Under the pieces are notes generated by a model. That model saw only the letters and a program-made list of their open reading frames with translations. It did not search any database and was not told where the DNA came from. From contig JAWQFM010000018.1 in the NCBI GenBank assembly GCA_033442325.1, positions 1,099,515 through 1,163,514 on the forward strand: a stretch of DNA of 64,000 nucleotides, written 5' to 3'. This stretch comes from Salpingoeca rosetta (taxonomy: Eukaryota; Protista; Choanoflagellata). Numbering within the stretch: the first letter of the stretch is position 1; each line of letters starts with the position of its first letter. A program made the translations under genes and the position numbers. Positions 14,301-27,067 of the stretch are shown in pieces.

Positions 14301-16373
14301 TCACACGCACCAACGAGGTTATCGACGAGGAACTCAGAGGTTGAAGAAGACGAGGTGGAGGTTGAAGTCGATGTGGAAGTCGATGTGGAGGTTGTGGAGG
14401 AGGTTGAGGTCGATGTCGAGGTGCTGGTGGAAGTGGAGGTCGAGGTGCTGGTTGAAGTGGACGTGGATGTGGAGGTGGACGTAGACGTGGAAGTCGAAGT
14501 TGACGTCGAGGTCGATGTAGATGTGGAGGTGCTAGTGGAGGTGGAGGTTGAAGTGCTAGTGGAGGTTGAAGTGCTAGTGGAGGTTGAAGTGGATGTTGAA
14601 GTTGAAGTGGACGTGCTGGTGGAGGTGGAGGTGGATGTGACCGTGGTGATGTAAGGGGCCTTGCACACGTATGAGCGGCGGCGGGTGCAGGAGAGGTCCT
14701 CCCACTGGTCGTTGTCCTGGTTCTGCACGACGCAAGCAAGCGGGGTTGTGCCGACGAGCGGGTCCGTGAAGTTTGTTGGGCTCATGTCGGTCCACTCCAG
14801 GGACAGGCCATCGTTGGAGAGCTGTGCGCCGAGCCAGATTTGGGTGTTGGTGGTGACGACGCTGAGGAAGTCGATGAAGAAGCGGTATTCGTCGTTGCTG
14901 AGGAGGCTGACAAGCTCGGCGTTGTCGTCGCGGCACGCGGCGAGGGCAGTATCAAACTGCACCTTGTCGTCGTAAAAGTAGTACGTGTTGCCTTCAAAGA
15001 GGGCGCCGTCTGTTGGGCAATGAGTGAGGCAAGGGAGAAGGATGAGCGGAGCAAGTCAGGAAAAGCAGGTGGTGAGTGGCGGAAACAAAACGTGACACGC
15101 ATGGGGTGGTGAGCCGACGTGGCGAACGAAGGAGGCATGTGCACAGGGGCAAGCACAACAAGCACCAGCAGAGGTGTTACTCACTCTCGCCAAGGGCGAA
15201 GAAGAGGGTGGTGGTGGTGGTGGATGTGGTGGAGGAGGAGGTGGAGGAGGATGTGGAGGTTGAGGTTGAGGTGGATGAGGACGTTGAGCTTGTGCTCGAG
15301 GTGGAAGATGAGGAGGAAGTGGAGGTGGAAGAGGAGGACGATGTTGAGGAAGAAGTGGACGTGGTGCTGCTGCTGCTGGTGCTGGAGGAGGAGCTGGTGG
15401 ATGTGGAAGACGATGTTGAGGTGGAGGTGGAGCTGGTGAAGGCGTTACGCTTGCAGATGTAGCCGCGGGTGGAATCGCAGCCCATGTCGATCCAGGTGCC
15501 ATCGCGGTCCTCGACGGTGCCAGTGCTGAAGACGACGCAGAACTGGTCATCGTTGAAGTTGTTGGGCTCACCGTCGGCCCATGGCAGAGGAGAGAGGGAA
15601 GTGGTGCGGCCGTCTTGCCAGGTGATGTTCTGGTGCAGGTCGTCAAACTCGGCGCCGATCCACACCTGCCTGAGGTCGGTTGACTTTGGCACGACTTGGC
15701 GCAGGAAGGTCTGCTCCTCGGGATCCAGGATGGTGGCGAGGTAGCCGTCCTCCGTCTCGCAGCTGGCCTGGGCCTCGTCCTGCGTGCGCTTCTGCTGGAT
15801 CAAGCGGAACTCAAAGTTGCCAAACTCGGTCCAGTCTGTGCGGCATGGAATGAGCCGGGACGTTCAAGGGGTTGGGCGTGCGAGTGAGTTGGTGGTTGAG
15901 CAAGTGAGTGAGTGAGTGTGTGTGTGTGTGTGTGTGTTGTGTCGTGAGTGAGTGTGAGAGTGAGTGAGTGAGTGTGTGTGTGTGTTGAGAGAGAGAGAGT
16001 GAGTGAGACAGCATGTTTGGCTGTGAGAGTGTGAGTCAGTCAGTGTGTCTGCGAGGCAAACCAGGAGCAAGAGAAGAAACGCACCGAGGATGTTGTCCAC
16101 GCCAAACTCAGAGGTGGAGGTGGAGGAAGTGGAGGTTGAGGAAGACGTGGACGTGGACGACTCCGTGACGGGAACCGTTGGTGTGACCACGGCTGTAGTT
16201 GTCGTTGTCGTTGTTGTCGTTGTTGTGTTCATCGTCGCTGTGGTTGCGGGCACGGAAATGGCTGGCGTTGTCGTTGTCGTTGTGGTGGTGGTGGTTGCCG
16301 TGGTGCTTGTCGATGAGACGGAAGCAGCCAGGGCAGCGACCACCAGCACGGCAAGCATGCTGGCGAGTTTCAT
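11400..16373 (-). CDS. Secreted mucin-like C-type lectin protein (~1417 aa): signal peptide, 4 CTLDs, Ser/Thr tracts and 2 C-terminal beta-sandwich repeats; Rosetteless-like architecture
   Basis: Four exons at 16085-16373, 15185-15835, 14311-15009 and 11400-14014, all joined in phase 1 (4254 nt). Signal peptide MKLASMLAVLVVAALAASVS. CTLD motifs WIGA..W.DG..GEPNN..C..W.D..C..YICK. Long (ST)n runs. No C-terminal TM. Confidence 0.9.
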
Positions 16374-17540
16374 GGTGGAGGGCGTTTTGCGGATGGTTCG
16401 TCGAGGCAGCCACGCGGATTGTGACTACCGATCACACTCGGGGCGATCGGACAGAGGACTCACAGACACCAGTCGAGGATGGTGAAGGGTGTCCGCCTGT
16501 CGCGATACGGGTGGAGTGCGCGTGTGGACGTGTGGACGTGTGGAGAAAACACACACGAGGGCGCCACGAGGGTGCAAACAAGTGGACCAGAGCAAGGGCA
16601 GCAAGCGCAAGAGAGGCGTGCGATGAGTTGCTTGAAGTGTGCGATGATGAACAGTGCTTGCAGGCAAAATGGTGTTGGTAGTAATGGCACGTGCGAGGTG
16701 GTGACGGTGGTATTGGCACAAGAAGAAGAAGAGGAGGGAGGAGAACAAAAGCAACAAAAGGCGTTTGACTCAATGCAGGAAGCTGGGATGGAAAGTGCTT
16801 GAGCAAGGTTGATCAACAACAACAACAACAAGGTGAACAACACGACGAACACGCCATGCGATGGAATGAGGTTGAGGCAAGATGAGGAATGGCATGGGCG
16901 AGGACCACGAGAAGTAGCAGGAGACGAAGTAAGAAGAAGCAAGAGCGGACCCAACAAGGTGGAGAAGCGACAGTGAAAGCAGTGGTGATGGCGGAAAGGT
17001 TGGGAGTGGTGACAAGCGAGAGAGGCGCAAGTGGCACACATGGGTTGGCCGACACTTTTTGTCGGGTTGGACGCGTTTCGCATCTCATGCCATTCTACAT
17101 CACATCACTGACGACCACCACTGACAAAACCAATGGTTGCGACGGCTCACCCAGAGAGAGAGAGGGGGGGGGGAACACTGAATGAAACGTGGGAAGGAGA
17201 GAGGACACGCAAGGAGGAAGAAGCAGGCGAAGGAGAAGAGGACCCAAACACAAGGAACACAAGACGAGGACGGCATAGAGAGAGAGAGAGAGACAAGGGT
17301 TGGATATGGAGAGGGGGGGGGTTTCGACCGCACCCGGATGGCGCATGCCATTGTTGGCGAACCAAACATCAAACACACCAAACGCCGGGTGCGGTCGCAA
17401 AACACATACATACATGCACACATTCACACGCACACACGCGGGCGCGCGCTTGGGTGCGATCGGCACCACGGCAGCAGCTCGCTTGCGCACACACACACTC
17501 ACATACACATGCGCATACGGCAAGCAGGAGCGCCCCAAAG

Positions 17541-17577
17541 CAGATGGCAGATGGCAGATGGCAGATGGCAGATGGCA
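17541..17577. repeat. (CAGATGG)x5 heptamer tandem repeat
   Basis: Five perfect copies read directly. Confidence 0.9.
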
Positions 17578-18112
17578 CTGGGCTTACAGGGGTGGTTGTC
17601 GAGCGAGCGGGCGAGGTGGCGACGAGACGACGAAAGCACACGGAAAGTGATGGGAGAACACGCAAGCACAAGCAGGCGAAGCGAGAGCGCGTGAGGGGGA
17701 AAACACAAAACACACACACACACACACACACACAAACACTGCCATCGCGAGGCGAAGAAGCAGCAGGCGGCAGTGGGTGGGTGTCAGTGGGTGCGTGTGT
17801 GCGTGAGTTTGAGTTTTGGTGTGGCGGCGGGACAGAGAGAGGAGAAAAATCGCCAGCACACCGCAGTTGTCAACACGGTGCGAAGTGTGCTGTTAGTGGA
17901 AGATGTCCAGCAACAATCGTCGACTGATGGTGGGCTTGGCGGCTTTTTGCGCACATTTTTGCCTGCATGCAAAAGAAAGCAGGAAGGAACAATGTAGAAA
18001 ACCAGTGGGAAACACACCCTATTTTTCTTTGCCTGCAGGCACAACACTTTGTTTTTTTGTGCTGTCGGATCCGCTGTTGTGGGCGGGGGCGTGTGCAGTG
18101 GTTTTGCTTTTG

Positions 18113-18160
<48 letters not shown>

Positions 18161-18163
<3 letters not shown>

Positions 18164-18620
18164 CGCACCAGGAGCGGTCACGATTTTGTCCTCAATCCAG
18201 CGCCCGATCCTGAACTTCCGGGCAGGTTTAGAGTGTCGTGTGATGGTCTATCTCCCTCCGCTGTGATTGGCGACCTTAAGCAAACCCAGGGTCATTCGGT
18301 ATCACTTATATAATACAGCTATGGTCCATAATTCAAATCATAATTCATTCGTACCAGTAGTACGGCTGCAGAATATAAGTGCGGGAGATTGGTAACCTAG
18401 TGTTCTGCTCACGTAATGAGCTACTAGAAGTTCGTGCCAAGAGATGAGACAGAATTCCTCAGACATTCCTGTAAATGAGGCGACTTAACACCGCGTCCAG
18501 CGCCGCAAGGTTCTCATCAACCCAGTTTATCCGTGAATCGCAGGTTGGAGGGTTGGGCCTATAGGTTGGACTATGTGAGGTAAGAGAGTGCACGGTCCCT
18601 CGGCCACTCTGATGGTCTGA

Positions 18621-18622
<2 letters not shown>
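18161..18622. other. Compositionally foreign ~460-bp island between two (TG)n tracts; nature unknown
   Basis: About 48% GC by hand count, with frequent TpA, no microsatellites and no convincing ORF, unlike all flanking DNA. Confidence 0.6.
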
Positions 18623-18673
<51 letters not shown>

Positions 18674-19525
18674 TTTTCCTTCCCCATCATTCTTCGACAC
18701 AAGAGAGAGCACCCCGCCCTTGCGTGCCTTGCACCCACCCACCCAACCAAGCTGTCGCGGGTTTAGGTTTAGATCCGGGTGGGGCGCTGTGTGTGTGTGT
18801 GTGTGTGTGTGTGCGCAGCGGGAATTCGAAATTGCGTCGTTGCAGTATAATGTAGGTTCTTCGTGTGGTTGGCCGCTGTTGCTTGGCAATTAGAAGGGTG
18901 TCTATTGAACAATGCGAGAACCACAGCACGATGGCACAAGGTGAAAGGAGGGGGGGGGGGGTGCCGCAAGGACAAAGCAAGCAGGAAGAACAAGAAGGCA
19001 GGACAAAGCAAGAAGGCAGGCCAAGAACAAGAAGGCAGACAACCAAGCAACCAAGCAACCAACCGAGCAAGCGAAAGCTCTCACGTTGTGCTGGGGCTGT
19101 TGCACCGACACGGAAACGCACAGACAAACCAAAAACATACACCCCCCCCCCATCTCCCCCCACCTCAAACGCGTGGACAACGACATACAACGACATACAG
19201 ACAGACACGCCGGAACACAAAAAACAAAACACAAAAGCACACACACGCTCACAAGCTCACATGCAGACTAACAACATACAGGCTAACACGAGCAGCAGCG
19301 TGGCAAGGAACGTGTAATTCAACGCAGGGTGCAAGGATGAAGGAAGATCAGGGTCACAGCACATCAGGTGCGCAAGAGACAGACGAGGGTCAAAAAGAGC
19401 ACCAAGGTGGTGGCGGTGGTGGTGGCAAGAGGGGGGAGGGTGGCCACAACCGCAGTGTGGCGCAGACACGCGTGCGCATGCGGTCCGGTGCCGCATGGTA
19501 TGGCTAGCCACGCTGTGCTCCCACG

Positions 19526-19713
19526 TTAGATGGAGGAGCCAAAGAGAACAAGGCCGACGTAGAGAACGGCCAAGAGAACACCAACTTGCAACAGCTTCTT
19601 GCCATCCGAGCCCTGGCTGCCAGATCCACCGTCTTCGTCATCATCATCATCATCGCCGCCCGAGGACTGATGGTTGCCCTCGAAGAAGAGCTGAATCTCC
19701 TCAAGCGAGCGGC

Positions 19714-19795
<82 letters not shown>

Positions 19796-20786
19796 GGAAC
19801 AGACAATATGTGAGAGTTGCCATAAACCAGAACTGGGCGACAGAAGAACAGGGGCAAAAGAAGCAGGGCAGTCGACAAAGTGTGTGCCTTGGCACAAACT
19901 GCACGCACCTTTGTCTCTGGGAGCTTGAAGAAGACAAAAGTGACGCCGAGGACGCACACGGCGGCGTAGAGCCAGAAGACGCCCTGCTCGTGCAGGGCAG
20001 ACTTGATGGAGGAGAAGGTCTCCGTCACAATGAAGGAACACGTCCAGTTGAGCAGCGTGGCAAAGCTCGACGCAATGCCGCGCACGCGCCCAGGAAAGAT
20101 CTCAGACATGATCAGCCTGAACCAGGGGTTGGGGGAGGCAGTGGTTGTTGCAGCAGAGGTTTGGGAAACGGAGGGGATGATATGTGAGCGTGAGAGAGAG
20201 AGAGAGTGTGTGTGTGTGTGTGTGTGTGTGTGGATGTGAGGCGGTGAAACGACACACAAGGAAGAGGCAAAAGGGGTCAGGTGGCACAGCCAAGCGGAGC
20301 CGACTTTGAAGCAAAGAAGCCGACTTGCAAACACACGAACAAACAAACAAGCAAGCAAGCAAACACGCACACATACCAAGGGATGGCGCCGAGGCCAATG
20401 GAGAAGCAGGCAATGTAGACAATGACGTTGACGAGAGCAACAGTGCCGCTCACGCTGTACTGGTTGTTCTGCAACCAAAAGTAGTAGCCTGCCAGATCAC
20501 AGCGTTTGATACGACGAGAGGACAGGCGGTGAACGCGTATTGTGATAAACAGGAGGCAGCCAGAAGTGCCAGCCAGGGTGAACGGCTGATAAAGGAGAGG
20601 GGGGGGGCGGGGGAAAGCGGCTACACCAGTTCCGTTGCTGGCAACAGAACGACACACGGGACCATACACGCCCCAAGCGGCATCCTCGCAAACACTCAAC
20701 ATGCAACAACAGACCCAGATACACTCGCATAAACACGCACACACACACGCACACGCACACGCACACGCACACGCACACACACACAC

Positions 20787-20819
<33 letters not shown>

Positions 20820-21411
20820 GCATGGGGCTGACCAAGGAGGGCCGAGCTGGCAGCCATGCCGACACCGGCCACCATGAGGAGCGCACGGCGACCGCTCTTG
20901 TCGACAATCACGCAGGAGATGGCGGTGACAACAAACTGCACGCTGCCAACAATCAGCGCAGCCACGTTGGAATTGTCAAACCCGGCATCCTCAAAGATCT
21001 GAACACGCCAAGACCCGGGGGCAGATGATTGAGTGAGTGTGTGTGTGCGTGTGTGCGTGTGTGTGTGCGTGTGTGAGTGTGTGTGTGTGCAAGCAAGTTT
21101 GGTGCCCAAACCCCCCTCAAACTCCACACCACAAGACGGCGCAGCAGGACACGACGCAGCACAACAAAACATGATGGCAAACGCACGGAGCCGCTGAAGA
21201 AGATGACGGCGTTGATGCCGGAAAACTGCTGGAAGAGCATGATGCCCGCTGCCACGACGAGGGCGCGACCAGAGGCGCCGCGGAACACATCCAGCACAGA
21301 CGCGCTGCTCTCCTCCGTGCTCAGGCTCGCCCGCACCGTGTTCAGCTCCGATTCGCAGTCCGCCTTGGGCCCGCGCAAGCGCCGCAGGTCTCGCAGTGCT
21401 AACGGTGGCAG

Positions 21412-21480
<69 letters not shown>

Positions 21481-21622
21481 TGGTTGGGGGAGGGGATGGA
21501 GGTGGTGATGTGATGGTGGCGTGAGAGAAAAGGTATTGGGTGGCGAAGCGACATCACAAAAATGTCCTGGAACGAGAGATGGCGTGCCCGAGGTGCATCA
21601 ACGAGCACATGTACACGGCGGA

Positions 21623-21699
<77 letters not shown>

Positions 21700-21892
21700 T
21701 GACATACCGGCCTGCATGCGGCCCTTCTTTGCGAGGTAGCGGGGAGAGTCGGGCAGGAAGAACGACGCCACGCCCAGGGCGCCAGGGGCGAGTGCACCTG
21801 GTGGCGCAAAACGCGAGAGTATCGTGAAGGTTTCAGTGAGAATACAACAAGGTCTTCACCATCACACAACTGGTGTTCAACAGAAACGCACG

Positions 21893-21941
<49 letters not shown>

Positions 21942-22696
21942 TAAAGCACACAAAAGCACACACATGCGCAGTCGTGTGCTCACCGATCCAAGCAAGATTG
22001 CTCCAGGTCACGCCAGCGCCAATGGCATACGCCAGCAGAACACCAAGCGTCACGGCCTAGGCGATGGGATGGGACAACGCAGCATATGTGAGGAACCGAG
22101 GAGCAAGCAAACGAGAGAGGGGAGGGAGGGAGAACCAGCAGAGCATGCTCTGTACGTGTGTGTGCGTGCGTGTGTGTACACGTGTGCGTATGGGATTGCG
22201 TACCAGCTGGTTGATGCTGCCCATGCCACCGCGGAGATGGGCAGGGGCGATTTCAGCAATGTACACGGGCACCGAGACAGACGCCTGGTTGTGGACATCG
22301 ATGACGGAGACAGGATGATTGTGAGAGATGCGCGCATGTCAGCTGCACAAAGCCAGCATCACTGTGTGCGCGCGCGTGTGTGTCTGTGTTTCCTTGTGTG
22401 GGTAGGGAGAAACACACACACACACGCACACACACCACACCACACCACAACGCAAGAGATCACATTCCAATGGACGCACGATGCCGATGGCAAAGCCGTC
22501 GAGGATGCGGCCGACGAGGAGCATGGCAAAGGGCTCGGTCACGTGCTGGCAGAAGGCGATGAGCAGAAACCCGGCCGCGTAGAAGATGGACGACACCAGA
22601 AACGTCCTGCGCACACGGAGAACAGAGGCACAGCGATCAAGGACCAACAACGATCAGCTGTGCGACTGGTGCTGGCGTGGATGTGTTCAAACGCAA

Positions 22697-22732
<36 letters not shown>

Positions 22733-23462
22733 CAACGCATGGCTGCCGACACCCAAGCAGTGGACCACCAGCACGAGTTGAACATGCACATAACAGCGGG
22801 AACGCACTTGGTGCGGCCGAAACGGTCCAAGCAGACGCCGCCAGCAAGGGCGCCAACCATGGCGCCAACGTTCACGATGGAGCCGAAAATGTCCTGTTGC
22901 CCTTGGCTGATGTCGATGCCTTTCTTGGGATCCTGCAACACATCCTTGATGGGAGAGGTGTACCCAAGCGAGTACCTGAAGCGAGCAAACATTCCGCAAC
23001 AAACAAATCAGGGTGAGAACGGGAAAACAGTGAGGACCATCACACAAGACATGCGCCGCACATCACATTGCACGAAGCACGCAATGAGAAACGTGAAGAG
23101 CAACTCCGACCAAGAAAGCACCGATGCCAACACCAGCAGTGCGAATACAAAGCCCAAACTCATGCAAGTTGAACAGAGAGACAGGGGACAGAGAGACAGA
23201 GAGACAGAGAGAGAAAGACACAGAGAGAGACGGAGAGAAAGATACAGATAGAGGGAGAGAGAGAGCCGCGCATCGAAACACGCACACACATACACACGCA
23301 AATTCACATACACACATACCCAAAGGCCAGGGCGCCGAGGGCAGCAACCAATGAGAATGCGAGAGGGCGCAAAGTAGACACGTTGTCCTTTTCACGTGTC
23401 GTTTCAGGAGCCTCGCCGCGCGCCTGCACGCTCAGCAGCTGTGTGCTTTCACTGTCACCCAT
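19526..23462 (-). CDS. MFS sugar porter, GLUT8/GLUT6 (SLC2A8-like) class
   Basis: Multi-exon. N-terminal dileucine motif ESTQLL, then DRFGR, GRILDGFAIG, VPVYIAEIAPAHLRG, PDSPRYL, QQFSGINAVIF, DKSGRR, GLGAIPW..MSEIFP and PETKGRSLEEI. Confidence 0.92.
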
Positions 23463-23837
23463 GACGATGATGGCAGCTGCTAACCCCGCAAGAAGATCGT
23501 GGTGGTGGTGGTGAGCGTGAGCGCTGCTGGAATGCTCTCGTGTGCCGCGTGCGTGCGCGGGTTAATGATGGTTGTTGTGTTCACGGGAAAATAAATAAAT
23601 GAGAACAACAAATCAAACAACACTACACACGTGCACAACAACCCCCGTTCATGTGATTCGCGGGACGAGCAAGAACAATGTGATGACATGACAACAGGAC
23701 AACCACCATCCATCGGTCACATCACATCACATCGCATCAGTCGTGTCATGTCAACAGCAACAACAACCCACGCACGTTTGGCAAAGAAGCAACAGATTAT
23801 GAAGAGTGTGGAGGATTTGTGAATATTTTCCGGCAAA

Positions 23838-24707
23838 ATGGGGGACGGTTTTATGAATCGGAAGGTGAGAAGACATCTGACTGACGCAGACTGATGATGA
23901 CGCTCGCCTTGCTTGTGCATGTGCGCGCGTGTGCGCGTGTGTTTGTGTGGTGGTGCGGGGCTGGGCTGTGTTGTGTGACGACGGTTTTGAATGGACACAA
24001 CACACCAAGAGAAAGACCTGCTCATGTTGCCTGATGTTGACTGATCTGTGGATCCTGTGCAATGCCATGCTGCTGTTGCTGTTCGTTTGTTTGTTGACGC
24101 TGTTGACGCGTCACTCTTTGACGCGATGATGCTGTAGCTGTACGAACGTTGGCTGACATGACTTCATGGCATGGTGCCTGCCTCGCACACGTGATTACAC
24201 GTGTGCGGATGCATATGTGTGGACGCATGTCTATATGTGCGTGTTTGACTGTTGTGGCAGTTCTTCCATCCGTCGAACTTCCAGAACCAGCGTCGAAAGT
24301 TTGCTGCGGAGCAGAAGGAGATTACCCGCATCAAGAGGGACAAGGAGTTGGAAGCCGAATATGCAAAGGAACGCTCCGAACAAGAAGCCAAGTGCGTTCC
24401 TCTGTGCATGTGTGTGTGCATGTGTGTGTATGTGTGTGTGTGTGTGTGTAGTATTAAAGGAGGAGGTACCACCCCCATTGGTGTGTGTGTGTGTGTGTTT
24501 TGTGTGCTTGCTTGTGTTCTGCGGTCGTTCCCTGAAGTGCCTTGTCTTGCCTGCTTTACTTACTGATGGTGTCGTCCCTGTCGCCTACAAATGTATTGGT
24601 CATTCAACAGGGGCTTCAACCTGCTGCCAACCGAGCAGCAGGAGTTTGAGAAAAGCAAATACACATTGAGGTTCATGTACGATGTGCCGCCCGAGGTTGG
24701 AGGTGCG

Positions 24708-24741
<34 letters not shown>

Positions 24742-24915
24742 CTGCGTGTTTCTGCTGTGGTTGCGCGTGTGTGTGTGTGTGTGTGTTGTGTCTGTGTTGT
24801 GTATGCGCGTGTGTGGTTGTGTGTGTCTGTGTCTGTGTGTGGTTGTTTGTCTGTGTCTGTGTGTGTCTGCTTGTTTGTGTCTGTGTGTGTGTGCTTGTTT
24901 GTCTGTGTCTGTGTT

Positions 24916-24957
<42 letters not shown>

Positions 24958-25991
24958 CGTGTTCAAAGAGAGCCCCTTCTTTCCGGCAGCAAGCTGGATG
25001 TGCACTCACCCACGTTTCTACCACCAACTAATGTCATTGTTTGCTGTGACAATCAGCCGAGCCCAAGAAGAAAGAGGTCAACATCAATGAGCTGTCGTAC
25101 AAGGAGCAGAAGGCCCTGCCGCTGGCAGAGAAGCTCCCTTTCCTGAAGAACGCCCCTCGACAAGCGTACGAATGGCGTGCATGCCCAGGCGGCATTGTTG
25201 TGTTCTACCAATGTGACAGCACCTACGTATCGGCCCTCAGTCTCCATCCTCCGCATGAACGAAGTGCACACACACGCACACACATACATGCAAAACTTCG
25301 CTTACATCCACACAACGTTGCTTACACACACACACACACTCTCTCTCTCTCTCTCTCACTCATCGCTTACATGCACACACACACACATTCAAAACATCGC
25401 GCACATCCACAACATGCAAACAGCCAAGCGAGGAACATGAGTGGGGTGCGGGACAAGCCGTTTGGACAGCAGGTGCGCAACGTGCGCTGCCTCAAGTGTG
25501 GCCAGTGGGGCCACCAGCACGTCGACCGCGTCTGCCCGCTCTTTGGAAAGGCAAAGATTGGCGTTGAAGGCGAAGCAGGTACGTGTTTGCACGTGTTTGC
25601 GTGTGTGTGTGCATGTGCGTGCGTGTGCGTGTGTGTTTGCACGTATGTGTGTGTGTTTGTTTGTGTGTGTGTGTGTGTGTGTTTGTTTGTGTGTGTGTGT
25701 GTGTGTTTGTTTGTTTGTGTGTGTTTGTGTCTTGTGCTGGCTATCAAGCGAAAAGCTTCGCCTTGCCTTGATGAACGCGGAACCAACTGCTGACCTGTGC
25801 ATGTACATGTATGTGCATGTGCGCGTCCATGTCCATTTGTGCAGAGCGGGCGTCGTTTGAGGACCCGGCAGTGCTGATGCAGCGCATGCGGCGCGACGGC
25901 CTCTCCCTCACCCGCTCCGTCCTCGGCAGACAGAACGACCCGACCGCAGACAACCAGGTCCGCTCTCTCTCGCGCGCGTGCTTTCTTGCAT

Positions 25992-26066
<75 letters not shown>

Positions 26067-26343
26067 TGTGTGTGCATGTGTGCGTGTGTGCATCCATCTG
26101 TGCTTGTGCGTCTATCTGTGCTTGTGTATTCATCTGTGCGTGCGTGTGTTGTGCGACAGACACATGCACCTCCTCACCTGTCTTCCTCCATCTTTGCTGA
26201 CGTTACCTGGCATGTGTGTGCCGCCGCTGCTGCAGCAACTTGTGGAGGAGCCGTCTGATGCGGAGGAAGAGGACGACGTCGCGTTCATTGCGTCCCTCTC
26301 CCGCGCAGACAAGAAGAAACTCCTAAGGTGGTGGTGTTGTCTC

Positions 26344-26391
<48 letters not shown>

Positions 26392-26492
26392 CTCTGTTGT
26401 TGTTTAAGTTGTTGTTGTTTAAGTTGTTGTTTAAGTTGTTGTTGTTGTTTAAGTTGTTGTTTAAGTTGTTGTTGTTGTTGTTGTTGTTGTGG

Positions 26493-26532
<40 letters not shown>

Positions 26533-26676
26533 AAACGCCATGCATATGCACGCACGCGTGTGGTGTGGTGTGGTGTGAACCTGCCTGCACCCACCTCGCA
26601 CACACACACACACACCCACACACACACACACACACCTTCTCACACACACACACACGCACACGCACACACACACACC

Positions 26677-26737
<61 letters not shown>

Positions 26738-27034
26738 GCACACGCTTGTGCAGAAAACTGCGGCGGGAAGAGCGGCGAGCGAAGAAGAGGAAGCACAAGG
26801 AGCGGAAGCACCGACGCAGCACAAGCGATGGCGACGATGCTGAACTTCACCATTTCCATCCTGAGCGCCGTCCTGATCGCCATCCTGCCCGTCATCACCA
26901 GCGCCACACCAACAACAACAGCAACAACAACAACCATCACGACCAACGCGGCAGTATAGGAGTGTCGCCTCGCCTGGGAGCACCAGCATCGCCATCGCTG
27001 CCACCACCGTCATTGTCACTGTCACCGACTCCAA

Positions 27035-27067
<33 letters not shown>

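Noticed and set aside
12295-15462. Plus-strand ORFs rich in VEVDVE repeats
   Set aside because: Antisense translation of the Ser/Thr mucin tracts.
11400-16373. Assigning the gene symbol rtls
   Set aside because: The architecture is similar, but the exon and CTLD counts differ from my recollection of rosetteless; this needs a BLAST search.
18161-18622. Solo LTR, snRNA, tRNA or telomerase RNA
   Set aside because: No TG...CA termini with a TSD, no U1/U2/U5/U6 signature, no cloverleaf and no CTAACCCTAA template found by eye.
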